A stretch of 64,000 nucleotides of DNA, from the NCBI GenBank assembly GCA_963702435.1, contig CAVPCR010000001.1, positions 672,001-736,000 of the forward strand, in the 5' to 3' direction. The position numbers and the translations under genes are program-made. This stretch comes from Candidatus Eiseniibacteriota bacterium. Its GTDB lineage: Bacteria > Eisenbacteria > RBG-16-71-46 > CAVPCR01. This document shows, piece by piece, positions 1-12,772 of the stretch (its first letter is position 1; every line of letters begins with the position of its first letter). Under the pieces are notes generated by a model. It saw only the letters and a program-made list of their open reading frames with translations, did no database searches and was not told the origin of the DNA.

Positions 1-133
1 GCTGGGTCCAGAGCTTCCACCCTTCCTTCGATACGCTGTCGTAGAGGCGCTGGCCGAGCTCGCCGGCGAAGGGCGGCTTGTCGAGTCCCTCGAGCTCGCG
101 TCCCAGCTTCACGCACTGGACCATCCGCGCCAT
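1..133 (-). CDS. yggX: Oxidative damage protection / Fe(II)-trafficking protein YggX (5' part; runs off the window edge)
   Basis: Minus-strand translation [44 protein letters not shown] matches the YggX pattern; GGAGGAGG Shine-Dalgarno at about 141-149. Not in the ORF track. Confidence 0.9.
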   Translation of the reverse strand, partial: MARMVQCVKLGRELEGLDKPPFAGELGQRLYDSVSKEGWKLWTQ

Positions 134-264
134 GAATCGAACCTCCTCCCGGGCCTGCCGTGGTGGGCGCCGCGTTGCGCGGTGACGAGGCCGCCGCGGA
201 ACGTGGCACGGGGATGAAGCTACCGCGGAATGGAGTGCGGCGGCAAGGGCCTGGAACCAGGTAC

Positions 265-321
265 CTGTCCGGAATCGCGTGCGCGTCTGGGATCGAGTCC
301 GCGTCTGGAATCGAGTCCGCG
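265..321. repeat. Tandem 18-bp repeat (about 3 copies, GCGTCTGGRATCGAGTCC) in the divergent yggX/nupC intergenic region
   Basis: 283-300 GCGTCTGGGATCGAGTCC, 301-318 GCGTCTGGAATCGAGTCC, and a degenerate copy at 265-282. Confidence 0.7.
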
Positions 322-487
322 CCGGCCGCTCCACGCGGAGTCCGAACCGTGCTACCTTCCGCCGCTCACGGGCCCGCAGCTGCGCCCGGCCGCGCGGGTC
401 AGGGCACCGCCGAGGCAGCGCGGGAGAACCGGGCGGGCGGTGGCCCTGCAGATCGAGGCGACCCGCGGCGACCCGCGGAGGATCGGC

Positions 488-1735
488 ATGGAGCGACTCA
501 CCAGCGCCTTCGGCGTCGTCGTCATGATGGCGATCGCCTTCCTCCTCTGTCCGCGCGAGCGGCGGCGCCACGTGAACCTGCGCACGATCGGCTGGGGGCT
601 CGCCCTCCTCGTCGGGTTCGCCGTGATCGTGCTCCGCACTCCCGCCAATCGGGCCTTCGTCCTCGCCAACGATCTGGTCGACGGCCTCCTCGGCTTCAGC
701 CGGCAAGGCGCCACGTTCATCTTCGGCGATCTCGTCACCCGCCCCGACTCCTTCGGCTACATCTTCGCCTTCCAGGTGCTGCCGACCATCATCTTCTTCG
801 CCGCGCTCATGTCGATCCTGTACTACGTGCGCCTGATGCCGCTCCTCGTCCGCGTCATGGCGCGCGGCCTCGCCCGCTTCCTCGGGACGAGCGGCGCCGA
901 GAGCTTCTCGACCGTCTCGGACATCTTCGTCGGCCAGACCGAGGCCCCGCTCGTCATCCGGCCCTACCTGCCGACCCTCACCCACTCGGAGCTCCTCGCC
1001 TGCATGACCGCCGGCTTCGCCACCACGGCCGGCGGGGTGCTCGCCGCCTACGTCGCGATGCTCAACCCGTACGTGCCGCAGATCGCAGGGCACCTCATCG
1101 CATGCAGCGTGATGTGCGCGCCGGCTTCGATCGTGATCGCCAAGCTCATCCTGCCGGAGACCGAGACGCCGCACACGCTCGGCCGAGTCGACATCGAGAT
1201 CCCGCGCACCAATGCGAACCTGCTCGACGCGGTGGCGACCGGGACGACCGACGGCCTTCGCCTCGCAGTCAACGTCGGCGCCATGCTCATCGCCTTCCTC
1301 GCCCTGACCGCGATGCTCGATGCCACGCTCGGCTGGATCGGGAGCACCTTCTTCGGGACGGCGCTCAGCCTCGCCCGCCTCTCGGGCTGGATCTTCGCGC
1401 CGCTCGCCTTCGCCATGGGCGTGCCTGCAGCGGACGTCGTCAAGGTCGGGAGCCTTCTCGGCGAGAAGACGGTGCTGAACGAGTTCGTCGCCTACACGCA
1501 CCTGAGCCAGCGCCTGGCGGAAGACCCGGCCTGGATCTCCGAGCGCGGCCGCTTGATCGCCTCGTACGCGCTCTGCGGGTTCGCCAACTTCGGCTCGATC
1601 GGCATCCAGATCGGCGGCTACTCGGGGCTCGCTCCCAGCCGGCGCGCGGACCTGTCGCGGCTCGCGCTGCGCGCGATGATCGGTGGCCTCCTCACGACCT
1701 GCATGGTGGCCTGCGTCGCCGGCGTGCTCCTGTAA
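488..1735 (+). CDS. nupC: NupC/NupG family concentrative nucleoside transporter (CNT)
   Basis: Motifs [47 protein letters not shown]; start ATG 488 (MERLTSAFG). Confidence 0.93.
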   Translation: MERLTSAFGVVVMMAIAFLLCPRERRRHVNLRTIGWGLALLVGFAVIVLRTPANRAFVLANDLVDGLLGFSRQGATFIFGDLVTRPDSFGYIFAFQVLPTIIFFAALMSILYYVRLMPLLVRVMARGLARFLGTSGAESFSTVSDIFVGQTEAPLVIRPYLPTLTHSELLACMTAGFATTAGGVLAAYVAMLNPYVPQIAGHLIACSVMCAPASIVIAKLILPETETPHTLGRVDIEIPRTNANLLDAVATGTTDGLRLAVNVGAMLIAFLALTAMLDATLGWIGSTFFGTALSLARLSGWIFAPLAFAMGVPAADVVKVGSLLGEKTVLNEFVAYTHLSQRLAEDPAWISERGRLIASYALCGFANFGSIGIQIGGYSGLAPSRRADLSRLALRAMIGGLLTTCMVACVAGVLL

Positions 1736-1875
1736 GGAGCGCGGTCACCGAACGCGGTGCGGCCGGCGGCGGCGCCCCGCACGCTCGGCGGGAATGCGCT
1801 ACGCTTGTCGGCAGGCGACCGCGACCTTCTTGCTCGCCGCGGCCACTCGGCATCCGTCCACCCGGGAGGTCCAGA

Positions 1876-3648
1876 GTGCACGTGCTCCGCTCGTTCTGCC
1901 GGCCGCTCCACCTGGTGCCGTTCCCCGTCATCGTCATCGTCCTCCTCCACGTCCTGGCCTCGGCGGCGGCGCGCAGCGCCGGGGCAACGCCCGGGCCGAT
2001 CACGGTGACCGGGATCCCCGCCGGCACCGGGGCCCGCCCCGCCGGCGAGACGGGCAGCGGCTTTGCGCTCATCTGGCCGCAGACCGTGCTCTCGACCGTC
2101 GTGCCGCCCGTGTTCCACGACCTCGACGACGACGGCACGCTCGACGTGATCGCCGCCGACGACCGCTACGCCTACGTGTTCGATCATCTCGGGAATCTTC
2201 GCCCGGGCTGGCCGGTCCAGATCGGGGGCGCGATGATGCAGGCGGCGGTCGCCGACCTGGACGAGGACGGCAGCCCCGAGATCCTGTGGGGCTCGACCCT
2301 GCCGGCCCCGAGGCTGTGGGCGTTCACTCCGGCCGGCCAGACGCGGTGGGTGGCGAACCTCCCGTACCTGACCTTCGCGAACGCCACCTGTCCGGTCATC
2401 GCCGATCTGGATGGCGACGGCCATCTCGATGTCGGGATCGCGACCGAGACCGGCGTGAGCTTCTTCGATGCGGACGGCGCGCCGCTTCCCGGCTGGCCCT
2501 ACACCTGGCCCGTCCCCATCAACAACCCACAGTGGTCCGCGCCCGCGGTCGGCGACCTGGACGGGGACGGGTCGCTCGAGGTCGTGATCGGGAACGCCTG
2601 CTATCCGGACTGGGGCGTGCATGCGGTCGCCGCCGACGGCACGGCGCTCCCGGGCTGGCCGAAGGTGATCCTCCCGGTCTGGTCCTCGCCGGCGCTCGCC
2701 GACCTGGATGCGAACGGCGACCTCGAGATCATCGCGCAGGAGGGCGACCCGGGATCGCAGGGCTACCGGATGTGGGTCTGGCACCACGATGGAACGGTCG
2801 TCAGCGGCTGGCCGCGGGCGATCGCCGCCGACGGGCAGTCCTCGCGCTCGTCGCCCGCGGTGGGAGATCTCGACCGCGACGGCGATCTCGAAATCGCGAC
2901 CGCCACGTCCGACGGCCGCCTGCACGTGCTCGCGGCGAACGGGATCGAGCTCCCCGGCTGGCCGCGCGCCACCGGCGGCGTGCAGCCGATCGCCTCGCCG
3001 TCGGTCATCGACATGAATGCGGACGGCGCGGAGGAGATCTTCCTCACCTACTGGCTCGCGAACGCGCAGTACATTGCCGGCTGGGATCTCGAGGGGAACG
3101 TGCTCGGCGGTTTCCCGAAGCTCCTCCTGGCCGGGACCGACATGAACTCGCACTCCTCGGTGCACGTCGCCGATGTCGAGGGCGACGGCGATCTCGAGCT
3201 CACGGTCTCGGGTGCGAGCTTCGCTGCGGGGCGGATCCTGGTGCTCGCGGTGGATGGAAGCGTCTACGACCCGCTCACCTCGCGGCACGACTGGCCGAAG
3301 ATGCGGCGCGACATGGAGAACACGGGGGCGCGCGCGGCCGGCGGCACCACAGCGGTCGGAGCGGCGGCGGCGCCGGCCGCGGTCCGGCTTGCGATCGCGC
3401 CGAACCCGGTCCGCGGCGGCGGCGCCGTGCGCATTGCGACCGGGACCGCGGGGCGGCTGGCCGTCTACGATGCGCTCGGCCGATGTCGCGGCGATGCGGC
3501 GCTCGGGAGCGGGGAGACGCGTCTCGTCCTCGACGGCCCCGGCGGACTTCTCGGCCGGCAGGAAGTGGGTCCTGGTGTCTATTTTCTGCGGTTTCTACCA
3601 GAGCGCGGGACGACCGTGACCGCGCGGCTCGTCATCGCGGGCGACTAG
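1876..3648 (+). CDS. Secreted FG-GAP/VCBS-repeat beta-propeller protein with C-terminal T9SS-like (FlgD-Ig) domain
   Basis: GTG start after GGAGG; hydrophobic signal; repeated (S/A)PAVGDLDGDGxLE...G(W/F)P units; C-terminal APNP...GVYFLRF...TARLVI. The 160..3648 ORF is an upstream open-frame extension of this gene. Confidence 0.85.
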   Translation: MHVLRSFCRPLHLVPFPVIVIVLLHVLASAAARSAGATPGPITVTGIPAGTGARPAGETGSGFALIWPQTVLSTVVPPVFHDLDDDGTLDVIAADDRYAYVFDHLGNLRPGWPVQIGGAMMQAAVADLDEDGSPEILWGSTLPAPRLWAFTPAGQTRWVANLPYLTFANATCPVIADLDGDGHLDVGIATETGVSFFDADGAPLPGWPYTWPVPINNPQWSAPAVGDLDGDGSLEVVIGNACYPDWGVHAVAADGTALPGWPKVILPVWSSPALADLDANGDLEIIAQEGDPGSQGYRMWVWHHDGTVVSGWPRAIAADGQSSRSSPAVGDLDRDGDLEIATATSDGRLHVLAANGIELPGWPRATGGVQPIASPSVIDMNADGAEEIFLTYWLANAQYIAGWDLEGNVLGGFPKLLLAGTDMNSHSSVHVADVEGDGDLELTVSGASFAAGRILVLAVDGSVYDPLTSRHDWPKMRRDMENTGARAAGGTTAVGAAAAPAAVRLAIAPNPVRGGGAVRIATGTAGRLAVYDALGRCRGDAALGSGETRLVLDGPGGLLGRQEVGPGVYFLRFLPERGTTVTARLVIAGD

Positions 3649-3651
3649 CAC

Positions 3652-4056
3652 GTGGACAGCGCGCGCGGCCTCCTGCATCACGTCGAGCTCTATGTGAGCG
3701 ACCTCGCGCGCTCGGTCGAGTTCTGGGGTTGGTTGCTGGGCGAGCTCGGATACGAACCATTCCAGGCCTGGGCGAGCGGCCGGAGCTGGCGGCGAGGACC
3801 CACCTACATCGTCCTCGTCCAGGCGGCGACCCGTCATCTCACGCCGGCCTACGACCGGCGGCGCGTGGGGCTCAATCACCTCGCCTTCCACGCCGGATCG
3901 CGCGCGGAGGTGGACCGTCTGAGCGCCGAGCTCGGCCGCCGCGGCATCCCCATCCTCTATCCGGAGCGCCATCCGCATGCCGGCGGCGAGGAGAGCTACG
4001 CGGTCTTCTTCGAGGATCCGGATCGCATCAAGATCGAGGTGGCGGCGCCGGAGTGA
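3652..4056 (+). CDS. VOC/glyoxalase family protein
   Basis: LHHVELYVSDL...GLNHLAFHA...YAVFFEDPDRIKIEV. Confidence 0.9.
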   Translation: MDSARGLLHHVELYVSDLARSVEFWGWLLGELGYEPFQAWASGRSWRRGPTYIVLVQAATRHLTPAYDRRRVGLNHLAFHAGSRAEVDRLSAELGRRGIPILYPERHPHAGGEESYAVFFEDPDRIKIEVAAPE

Positions 4057-4243
4057 AACCAGCGGCACGGAGGAACGAGGGGCCGATCGGGCTCGACGCC
4101 GACATCCGTGCGATCGCCGTTGCCCATCTCTGCCTGGCAGCGACCGATCGCGCTCTGTAGGGGTGCGCTCGGCGACGCATGGGCGCCATGGCTCGGGTGG
4201 CCGCAGTCGAGCATTCACCGTCGCAGCCAGCCCTTCTCGCCCG

Positions 4244-4343
4244 CACCCCGCGGTAAACGCTGTCGGGTCTTGTGAACTCCTCTCCCTTACGGCCCCGACC
4301 ACCACACCCCGCGTTGAACGCTGTCGGGTCTTGTGAACTCCTC
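4244..4343 (+). repeat. Two direct copies (period 61 bp) of a ~39-bp REP-like element CACCCCGCGKTRAACGCTGTCGGGTCTTGTGAACTCCTC
   Basis: Copies at 4244-4282 and 4305-4343; the same core occurs inverted at 17617-17732. Confidence 0.85.
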
Positions 4344-4716
4344 CTCATGTCCGGTTTGCGGTGAAGTCTCGCCTGGATGCAACCATACGCAATGGTCGTG
4401 CCACCCTGCGATCCAGTGCTCGCTCCTGGCCACTCCCAGGATCGACCGTAACGCCGGAGGGACGTCACGACCGGAATGGACGCACCGGCCCGCGGATGAC
4501 CATCCGGGTTCTCCCTCTCACCTGCACGGTCGCTGCGCACGACGTGGTCGGTTCTGCCGACGCCGTTGCCACAGCGCCACGCCTGTGCGTGGCCATCGCC
4601 CCGCATCAGGATCGCTCTGGCCCCACCGCGACGGGAGGTCTAGGATCCCGCGCGGAACGGCCCCGCCACCCCGAACCGATCAGGTCGGGCCTCGTGACCC
4701 AAGGGAGGACCAGCCA

Positions 4717-4992
4717 GTGGATTGGAGACTCTTTGCCTCCACCTTCGCCGCCATCTTTCTCGCGGAACTCGGAGACAAGACCCAGCTCGCCACGCTCTCG
4801 CTCGCCGCGGGCGGCTCGTCGCGCGTGGTCGTGTTCGCCGGCGCGGCCCTCGCCCTCGTCGCCACCTCGGCGGTCGCCGTCCTCGCCGGCGAAGCCGTCT
4901 CCCGCGTGATCCCGCCGGTCTGGATCCGGCGCGGAGCCGGGGCCCTCTTCATCGTGCTCGGCGTGGTCTTCCTCCTCGGGCGCGGGGAGTAG
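4717..4992 (+). CDS. TMEM165/GDT1 (UPF0016) family Mn2+/Ca2+ transporter, single-repeat form
   Basis: Signature FLAELGDKTQLAT; 91 aa; GTG start after GGAGG. Confidence 0.9.
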   Translation: MDWRLFASTFAAIFLAELGDKTQLATLSLAAGGSSRVVVFAGAALALVATSAVAVLAGEAVSRVIPPVWIRRGAGALFIVLGVVFLLGRGE

Positions 4993-5086
4993 AACGATGG
5001 AACCCCCGGACCCCCTGCCCGATCGACCCGATCGACCTCCTCGCCGTCCGAATCCTTTGGCCCGGCTCCGGCTCCCACCGGGTGCC

Positions 5087-6421
5087 ATGGGAACACGACT
5101 CGCCATCGCCACGGCGGCCCTCCTCCTCGCCACCCTCGCCGGCCCGGTCGCCGCCGAGACCTGGACCCTCGACCGCGTGCTCGCCCAGGTCCGGGTCACG
5201 GATCCCGGGGTGAAGGCCGCCCAGGCCGAAGGCCGGGCCGGTCGCGCCGAGGGCGGAGCGGCCTGGTCGGCCCTCCTCCCCCGCCTTCGCTTCGAGAGCG
5301 GCCTCCTCCGCACCGACGACCCCGCGGTCCTCTTCTCGGAGAAGCTCTGGCAAGGGCGTTTCACCGAGGAGGACTTCGCGCTCGACGCCCTCAACTTCCC
5401 CGACCCCGAGACCGCGCTCCAGTACGGCTTCGTCCTCGAGCAACCGATCTGGAACCGCGGCGCCGAGTTCACGTCCCCCTCCCTCGCCGGCCATGTCGGC
5501 GCCGCCGCCACCGCCAACGAGGCGGCGCGCGTCGCCGATCATCTCCTCGGCGCGGTCGAGACCTGGGTGGGCGCCGCCCGGGCCCGCGACGCGCTCCGCG
5601 CCGATTCGCTCGCCGTCCGCGCTTCCCGCGAAAACTGGCGCTCGGCCGTCGAACTCCACTTGAAGGGGCAGGTGGCCGAGCTGGATACGCTCCGCGCCGC
5701 CGCCCGCTACGGCGAGGCCGAGCTCGGTCGCCTCGATTCGAGGAAGGAGTATGCCGTCTCGCTCGATCGGCTGGCCTCGCTCGTCGGCCAGCCCGTCGCC
5801 GCCGCCGACGTCGCCGGCCTCGAGCCGCAGGCCCTGAACGCGCTGCCCGCGCTGCCGGACACTGCGGTCTCGCAGTTGATTGCGGATTACCACGGAGATC
5901 TGCGGTCGGCCGAGGAGCGCGCCGAGGCCCTCGCCATCGAGTCGCGGCGTTCCGCCTACGCCTTCGCCCCGTCGCTCAACTCGCGCTTCACCTACACCTG
6001 GTACCGGCCCTGGGACGACGGCGGGAGCGAGGACCGCTGGGCGGCCGGGCTCGCCCTGGCCTGGCCGCTCTTCGACGGCGGGCGTCTCGTCCGCGAGCGG
6101 CAGATGGCGACCGCCCGGGCCGAGGCCGCCCGCGCCGAGACGCAGGTCCTCCGGCGGAACCTCGCGACCGCCGCCACCGCCGCCCGCGAGGAGCGGGCGA
6201 TCGCCGACGAACGGGTGCGCGTGACGCGCGCCGCGAGCGCCGCCGCCACCGAGGCGCTCCGCCTCGCCTCCGCGCGCTACGCGGCCGGACTCCTGCCGCA
6301 GAGCGAGCTCCTCTCGGCCGAGGCCGGCGCCGCCCGCGCTCGCCAGGACGAGATCGCCGCCGCCGCCGGACTCGTGCTCGCCCACTATCGCTACCTGCAC
6401 GCGATCGGAGAACTGCGATGA
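5087..6421 (+). CDS. TolC family outer-membrane efflux protein
   Basis: Signal peptide, LEQPIWNRG and LAWPLFDGG motifs, ARYAAGLL; first gene of TolC-MFP-RND. Alternative start at 4997. Confidence 0.88.
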   Translation: MGTRLAIATAALLLATLAGPVAAETWTLDRVLAQVRVTDPGVKAAQAEGRAGRAEGGAAWSALLPRLRFESGLLRTDDPAVLFSEKLWQGRFTEEDFALDALNFPDPETALQYGFVLEQPIWNRGAEFTSPSLAGHVGAAATANEAARVADHLLGAVETWVGAARARDALRADSLAVRASRENWRSAVELHLKGQVAELDTLRAAARYGEAELGRLDSRKEYAVSLDRLASLVGQPVAAADVAGLEPQALNALPALPDTAVSQLIADYHGDLRSAEERAEALAIESRRSAYAFAPSLNSRFTYTWYRPWDDGGSEDRWAAGLALAWPLFDGGRLVRERQMATARAEAARAETQVLRRNLATAATAAREERAIADERVRVTRAASAAATEALRLASARYAAGLLPQSELLSAEAGAARARQDEIAAAAGLVLAHYRYLHAIGELR

Positions 6422-7535
6422 GGAAAGCTCATGCGACAAGGCTCGTGCTCCGGATCCTGCTCGCCGCCGCGCTCCTCGCGCCCGCCGCCTGCGGGCGGCA
6501 GGGGGCCGAGCACGACGGCGACGCCGGCGCCGCCGCCGATAAGGGCGCGGCCGCGCGTGTCACCACCTTCTCCGTCGCCCCGGCCGCCGACGGCCAGGTG
6601 CTCCTCCTCCCCGCGCGCATCGAGGCCCGCGCGGAAGTGACGATCACGGCGCGGATCCCGGCCCGCGTGACCGACCTCCGCGTCACCGAGGGCCAGTCCT
6701 TCGCCCGCGGGGCGATCCTCGTCGAGTTCGCGGCTCCGGAGACCCGCGAGGCGCTGGCTGCCGCGCGCGCCCGGCGCGACGCGACCATCGTGCGCCGCGA
6801 CCAGGCATCGCGACAGGAAGCGCGCCTCGACTCGCTCTACTCGGTCAGGGTCGCCGCGCTCCGTGAGCTCGAGATGACGAGGTCCGAGCGCAGCGCCGCC
6901 GAGGCAGAGCTCGCGGCGGCGCTCGCCGCCCTCGCCGAGCTCGAATCGGCGACCGCGGTCACCGCTCCGTTCAACGGCGTGGTCGTCCGTCGCCATGTGG
7001 ACGAGGGCGCCTCGGTCGGCCCGGGAACGCCGCTCCTCGATATCCGTTCGGGCGAGCCGGGCGCGATCCTCGCCATGATCCCCGAGTCGGCGGTGCCGCT
7101 CCTCGGGACGGCGCGCGCGAGCTTCCAGATCGCCGACGGACCCTTCCATCCGGCCGTCCTCGAGCGGGTCGACGGCATGACCGACTTCATGACGCGTTCG
7201 CGCGCCGCCCGCTTCCGGCCGGCGTCCGCCGGGATCGTGCTCGACTCCGGCGCCTTCGCCCGCCTGCGGCTCGCCGCGCCCGGCGCCGGGACCTCGAGCC
7301 CGGCCGCCGCCGCTGTCCGCATCCCGGCCGCGGCCCTCGTCCGCCGCGGCGGGCTCGTCGGCGTCTACCTGGTCCGGGACGGCAAGGCGGTCCTCCGCTG
7401 GATCCGCCCCGGCGCAGAAGATGGCGATGGCGTGCAGGTTCTTGCTGGCCTCATGCCAGGCGACGTGATCGCCCTCGAACCCGCGCTCCTCGCCGACGGT
7501 CGCGCGGTCGAGGTGACGGCGGCCGAGGTAGCGCC

Positions 7536-7539
<4 letters not shown>
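6418..7539 (+). CDS. RND efflux periplasmic adaptor (membrane fusion protein), lipoprotein-like
   Basis: Lipobox-like APAAC, VTEGQSF, VTAPFNGVVVRRHVDEG, VLAGL motifs; ATGA overlaps with both neighbours. Confidence 0.9.
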
Positions 7540-10789
<3,250 letters not shown>

Positions 10790-10793
<4 letters not shown>

Positions 10794-11077
10794 AGATGGT
10801 GCTCATGATGGCCGATGCCGCGCGGCTCGACGCGATCCGGGCGGATCTCAAGGCGCTCGGCGCCCCCGGCTACACCGCCTGTCCCGTGCTCGAGGGCGCG
10901 GGACGCACCGGCATCCATGCCGGCGACCGCGTGCATCCGGGCGGGCTCGTCATGCTGATGATCGCGGCGGCCGACGCCGACGCGGAGGCGCTCTTCACGG
11001 AGCTCGTCCGCCGGCGCGACGCGGCGGGCGATCAGGTGAGCCGGCTCTTCATCCTGCCGGTCGAGCGCATGGCTTGA
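10790..11077 (+). CDS. P-II/GlnB-like transporter-associated protein (PG0541/DUF190-like)
   Basis: 95 aa MKMVLMM...GYT...VLEGAGRTGIHAGDRVHPG...LFILPVE, a P-II-fold pattern; translationally coupled to the RND gene. Confidence 0.7.
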
Positions 11078-11112
11078 TCGCAGCCACACACTGCAGAGAG
11101 GAGGAATGAACG

Positions 11113-11304
11113 ATGACGATCAACGAGGCCCTCCGCGCCATCGCCGGCGCGTTCGTGCTGGTCTCGGTGGCGCTCGGGGTCTGGGTGAACCCGTGGTGGT
11201 TCGCCTTCACCGCTTTCGTCGGAGCCAACCTCTTCCAGTCGGCCTTCAGCCGCTGGTGCCCGATGATGACCATCCTCAAGAAGGCGGGGCTGCGCACCGG
11301 CTGA
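11113..11304 (+). CDS. YgaP-like membrane protein (DUF2892)
   Basis: LRAIAGAFVL...FVGANLFQSAFSRWCPM. Confidence 0.9.
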   Translation: MTINEALRAIAGAFVLVSVALGVWVNPWWFAFTAFVGANLFQSAFSRWCPMMTILKKAGLRTG

Positions 11305-11339
11305 GGATCACACCGGCGGGGCGCCACCCCCGCGCCGTC

Positions 11340-11675
11340 ATGTCCGCCGCGCGCCGCGGCGCTGGAGTCGCGGCTGCTTCTGGTCCCGGACGTGTTGCCG
11401 CCTCGCTCGTGACGCTCCTCGCCCTCGCCGCCGGCATGGCTCCCGCCGCCCACGCGGCGGCGGACGAGCTCGTCGCCGTTCGCTACACGATCACCAGGGA
11501 CAAGCAGCTCCGCGGCGCGCACGAAGCGGCGAACGGCTCCTGCCTCCGTCGAGCAGTAGACCGACGAAGCGAAGCCCGAGGACCGGCAGGCGACCGCGGC
11601 AAGGCCGAGGCCGGGAACGAGAATGTGCTCGCCGAGCTCGCCGAGCTCGCCAGGCTCTGCGAATCGGCGGGCTGA
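11340..11675 (+). CDS. Hypothetical protein or gene relic with a signal-peptide-like N-terminus
   Basis: LVTLLALAAGMAPAAHA-ADEL resembles a signal peptide; the rest is unrecognisable. Confidence 0.3.
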   Translation: MSAARRGAGVAAASGPGRVAASLVTLLALAAGMAPAAHAAADELVAVRYTITRDKQLRGAHEAANGSCLRRAVDRRSEARGPAGDRGKAEAGNENVLAELAELARLCESAG

Positions 11676-11845
11676 GCGAACTGGGCCGGTTCCGGCCGGC
11701 CGCGCTGGCGGCAAACGAGAGGAGCCTCCCGGCGGCCGGCGCGCACGACGCCGGTCGGCTCCGGGAGGCTCCTGATCTCGCCTGCAATCGTGGGCCCCGT
11801 TCTTCGAGAACGGCGGCCCCGACGAGCGTGCGACTCCTGGCTAGA

Positions 11846-12523
11846 CTAGCGGTAGGTGGCCTTGATCGCTCCCCAGGTTGCATCGAGCGTCGGCGTCGCC
11901 CCATCGAGCAAGAGACAGAGGTCGTCGGCGACGAACACGTTGCCACCGCGGAGGACCGCCCTCACGATGCCGGGCCCGCTGACCGAGAGAAGCTGCAGGT
12001 TAGCCGACAGGTTCACCGAGTCGCTGTCGACCAAGGCGTTCCCGGCGTTGTAGGCCTCCAGCGTGACCAGCGAGGACTCGTCAGCGGATCCGACGAGGAT
12101 CGAAACCGCGCTCATGGGGCTCGAGAAGGTCATCGTCTCGGGGGTCCGCGGAATCCCGCCGTTCTGCATGGTCGCACCGGAGTTGAAGGCCAGGAAATTC
12201 GGTGCGGAGAAGCCGGACACCCCGAAATTGCTGCACTGGTCGAGAATGGCGCCGCCGCCGTTGGCATCCGGCCCGGCGAACGTGACGCCCTGCCCGCTGT
12301 ACTCGTTGCGGAGCGGACCCGTCGAGGCGAATGCGCAGGGCGCGGTCACATTGTCGAAGTTGATCGTGACGTCGCAGAGCCGCTCGATCCTCGGACCATC
12401 TGCAGGCGCGGTGGGTGGTACACCGGTGCTCTCGACACCGGCAATGATCGCGGCGTGGGTCGTCGGCACGTGGATGCAGGCAATGCCGATGAGAAGCAGA
12501 AAGCGCAGTGACAGTCGTCGCAT
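11846..12523 (-). CDS. Secreted protein with C-terminal 'TWGxIKxxYR' tail
   Basis: Signal peptide MRRLSLRFLLLIGIACIHVPTTHA; beta-rich body (TINFD...); ends ATPTLDATWGAIKATYR*. The real start is ATG 12523, inside ORF 11846..13810. Confidence 0.8.
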   Translation of the reverse strand: MRRLSLRFLLLIGIACIHVPTTHAAIIAGVESTGVPPTAPADGPRIERLCDVTINFDNVTAPCAFASTGPLRNEYSGQGVTFAGPDANGGGAILDQCSNFGVSGFSAPNFLAFNSGATMQNGGIPRTPETMTFSSPMSAVSILVGSADESSLVTLEAYNAGNALVDSDSVNLSANLQLLSVSGPGIVRAVLRGGNVFVADDLCLLLDGATPTLDATWGAIKATYR

Positions 12524-12685
12524 GGGAGACCTCCCTGTAACGGGACGCGGCTGCGTCGCGTGTGTTGTTCCATCAACAGCAGCCCGGGGGGACTGGAGGC
12601 GGCAGCGTAACACACACCGGTGCCGGCGCGCCAGCATCGGGATCTGGCGGTTCCTTGCTGAGTAGATCAACGATTGGACGCGGCT

Positions 12686-12715
12686 TTGACCCGACCCACC
12701 ACCTCCTGATAAGCT
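12686..12715 (+). promoter_or_regulatory. Sigma70-like promoter TTGACC-N18-TAAGCT for the Fe-S/HMA genes
   Basis: Hexamers read directly, about 60 bp upstream of the GTG at 12773. Confidence 0.5.
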
Positions 12716-12772
12716 CATGCAGAACACAGGAGACCCGCTCGACCGGTCTCCGCAGTCCAGGGAGACCGGAGC

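Noticed and set aside
160..3648. 1162-aa ORF as a single protein
   Set aside because: The first ~570 codons are an off-frame shadow over nupC; the real gene starts at GTG 1876 after an SD.
4244..4343. CRISPR array (also 17617-17732)
   Set aside because: Only two repeat units per locus, short or partly duplicated spacers, and no cas genes.
4361..4440. yybP-ykoY Mn riboswitch upstream of the UPF0016 gene
   Set aside because: A GGGAGTGGCC...GGCGAGAC resemblance exists only on the minus strand, opposite to the transporter, and the conserved L3 loop is not evident; an Rfam scan would settle it.
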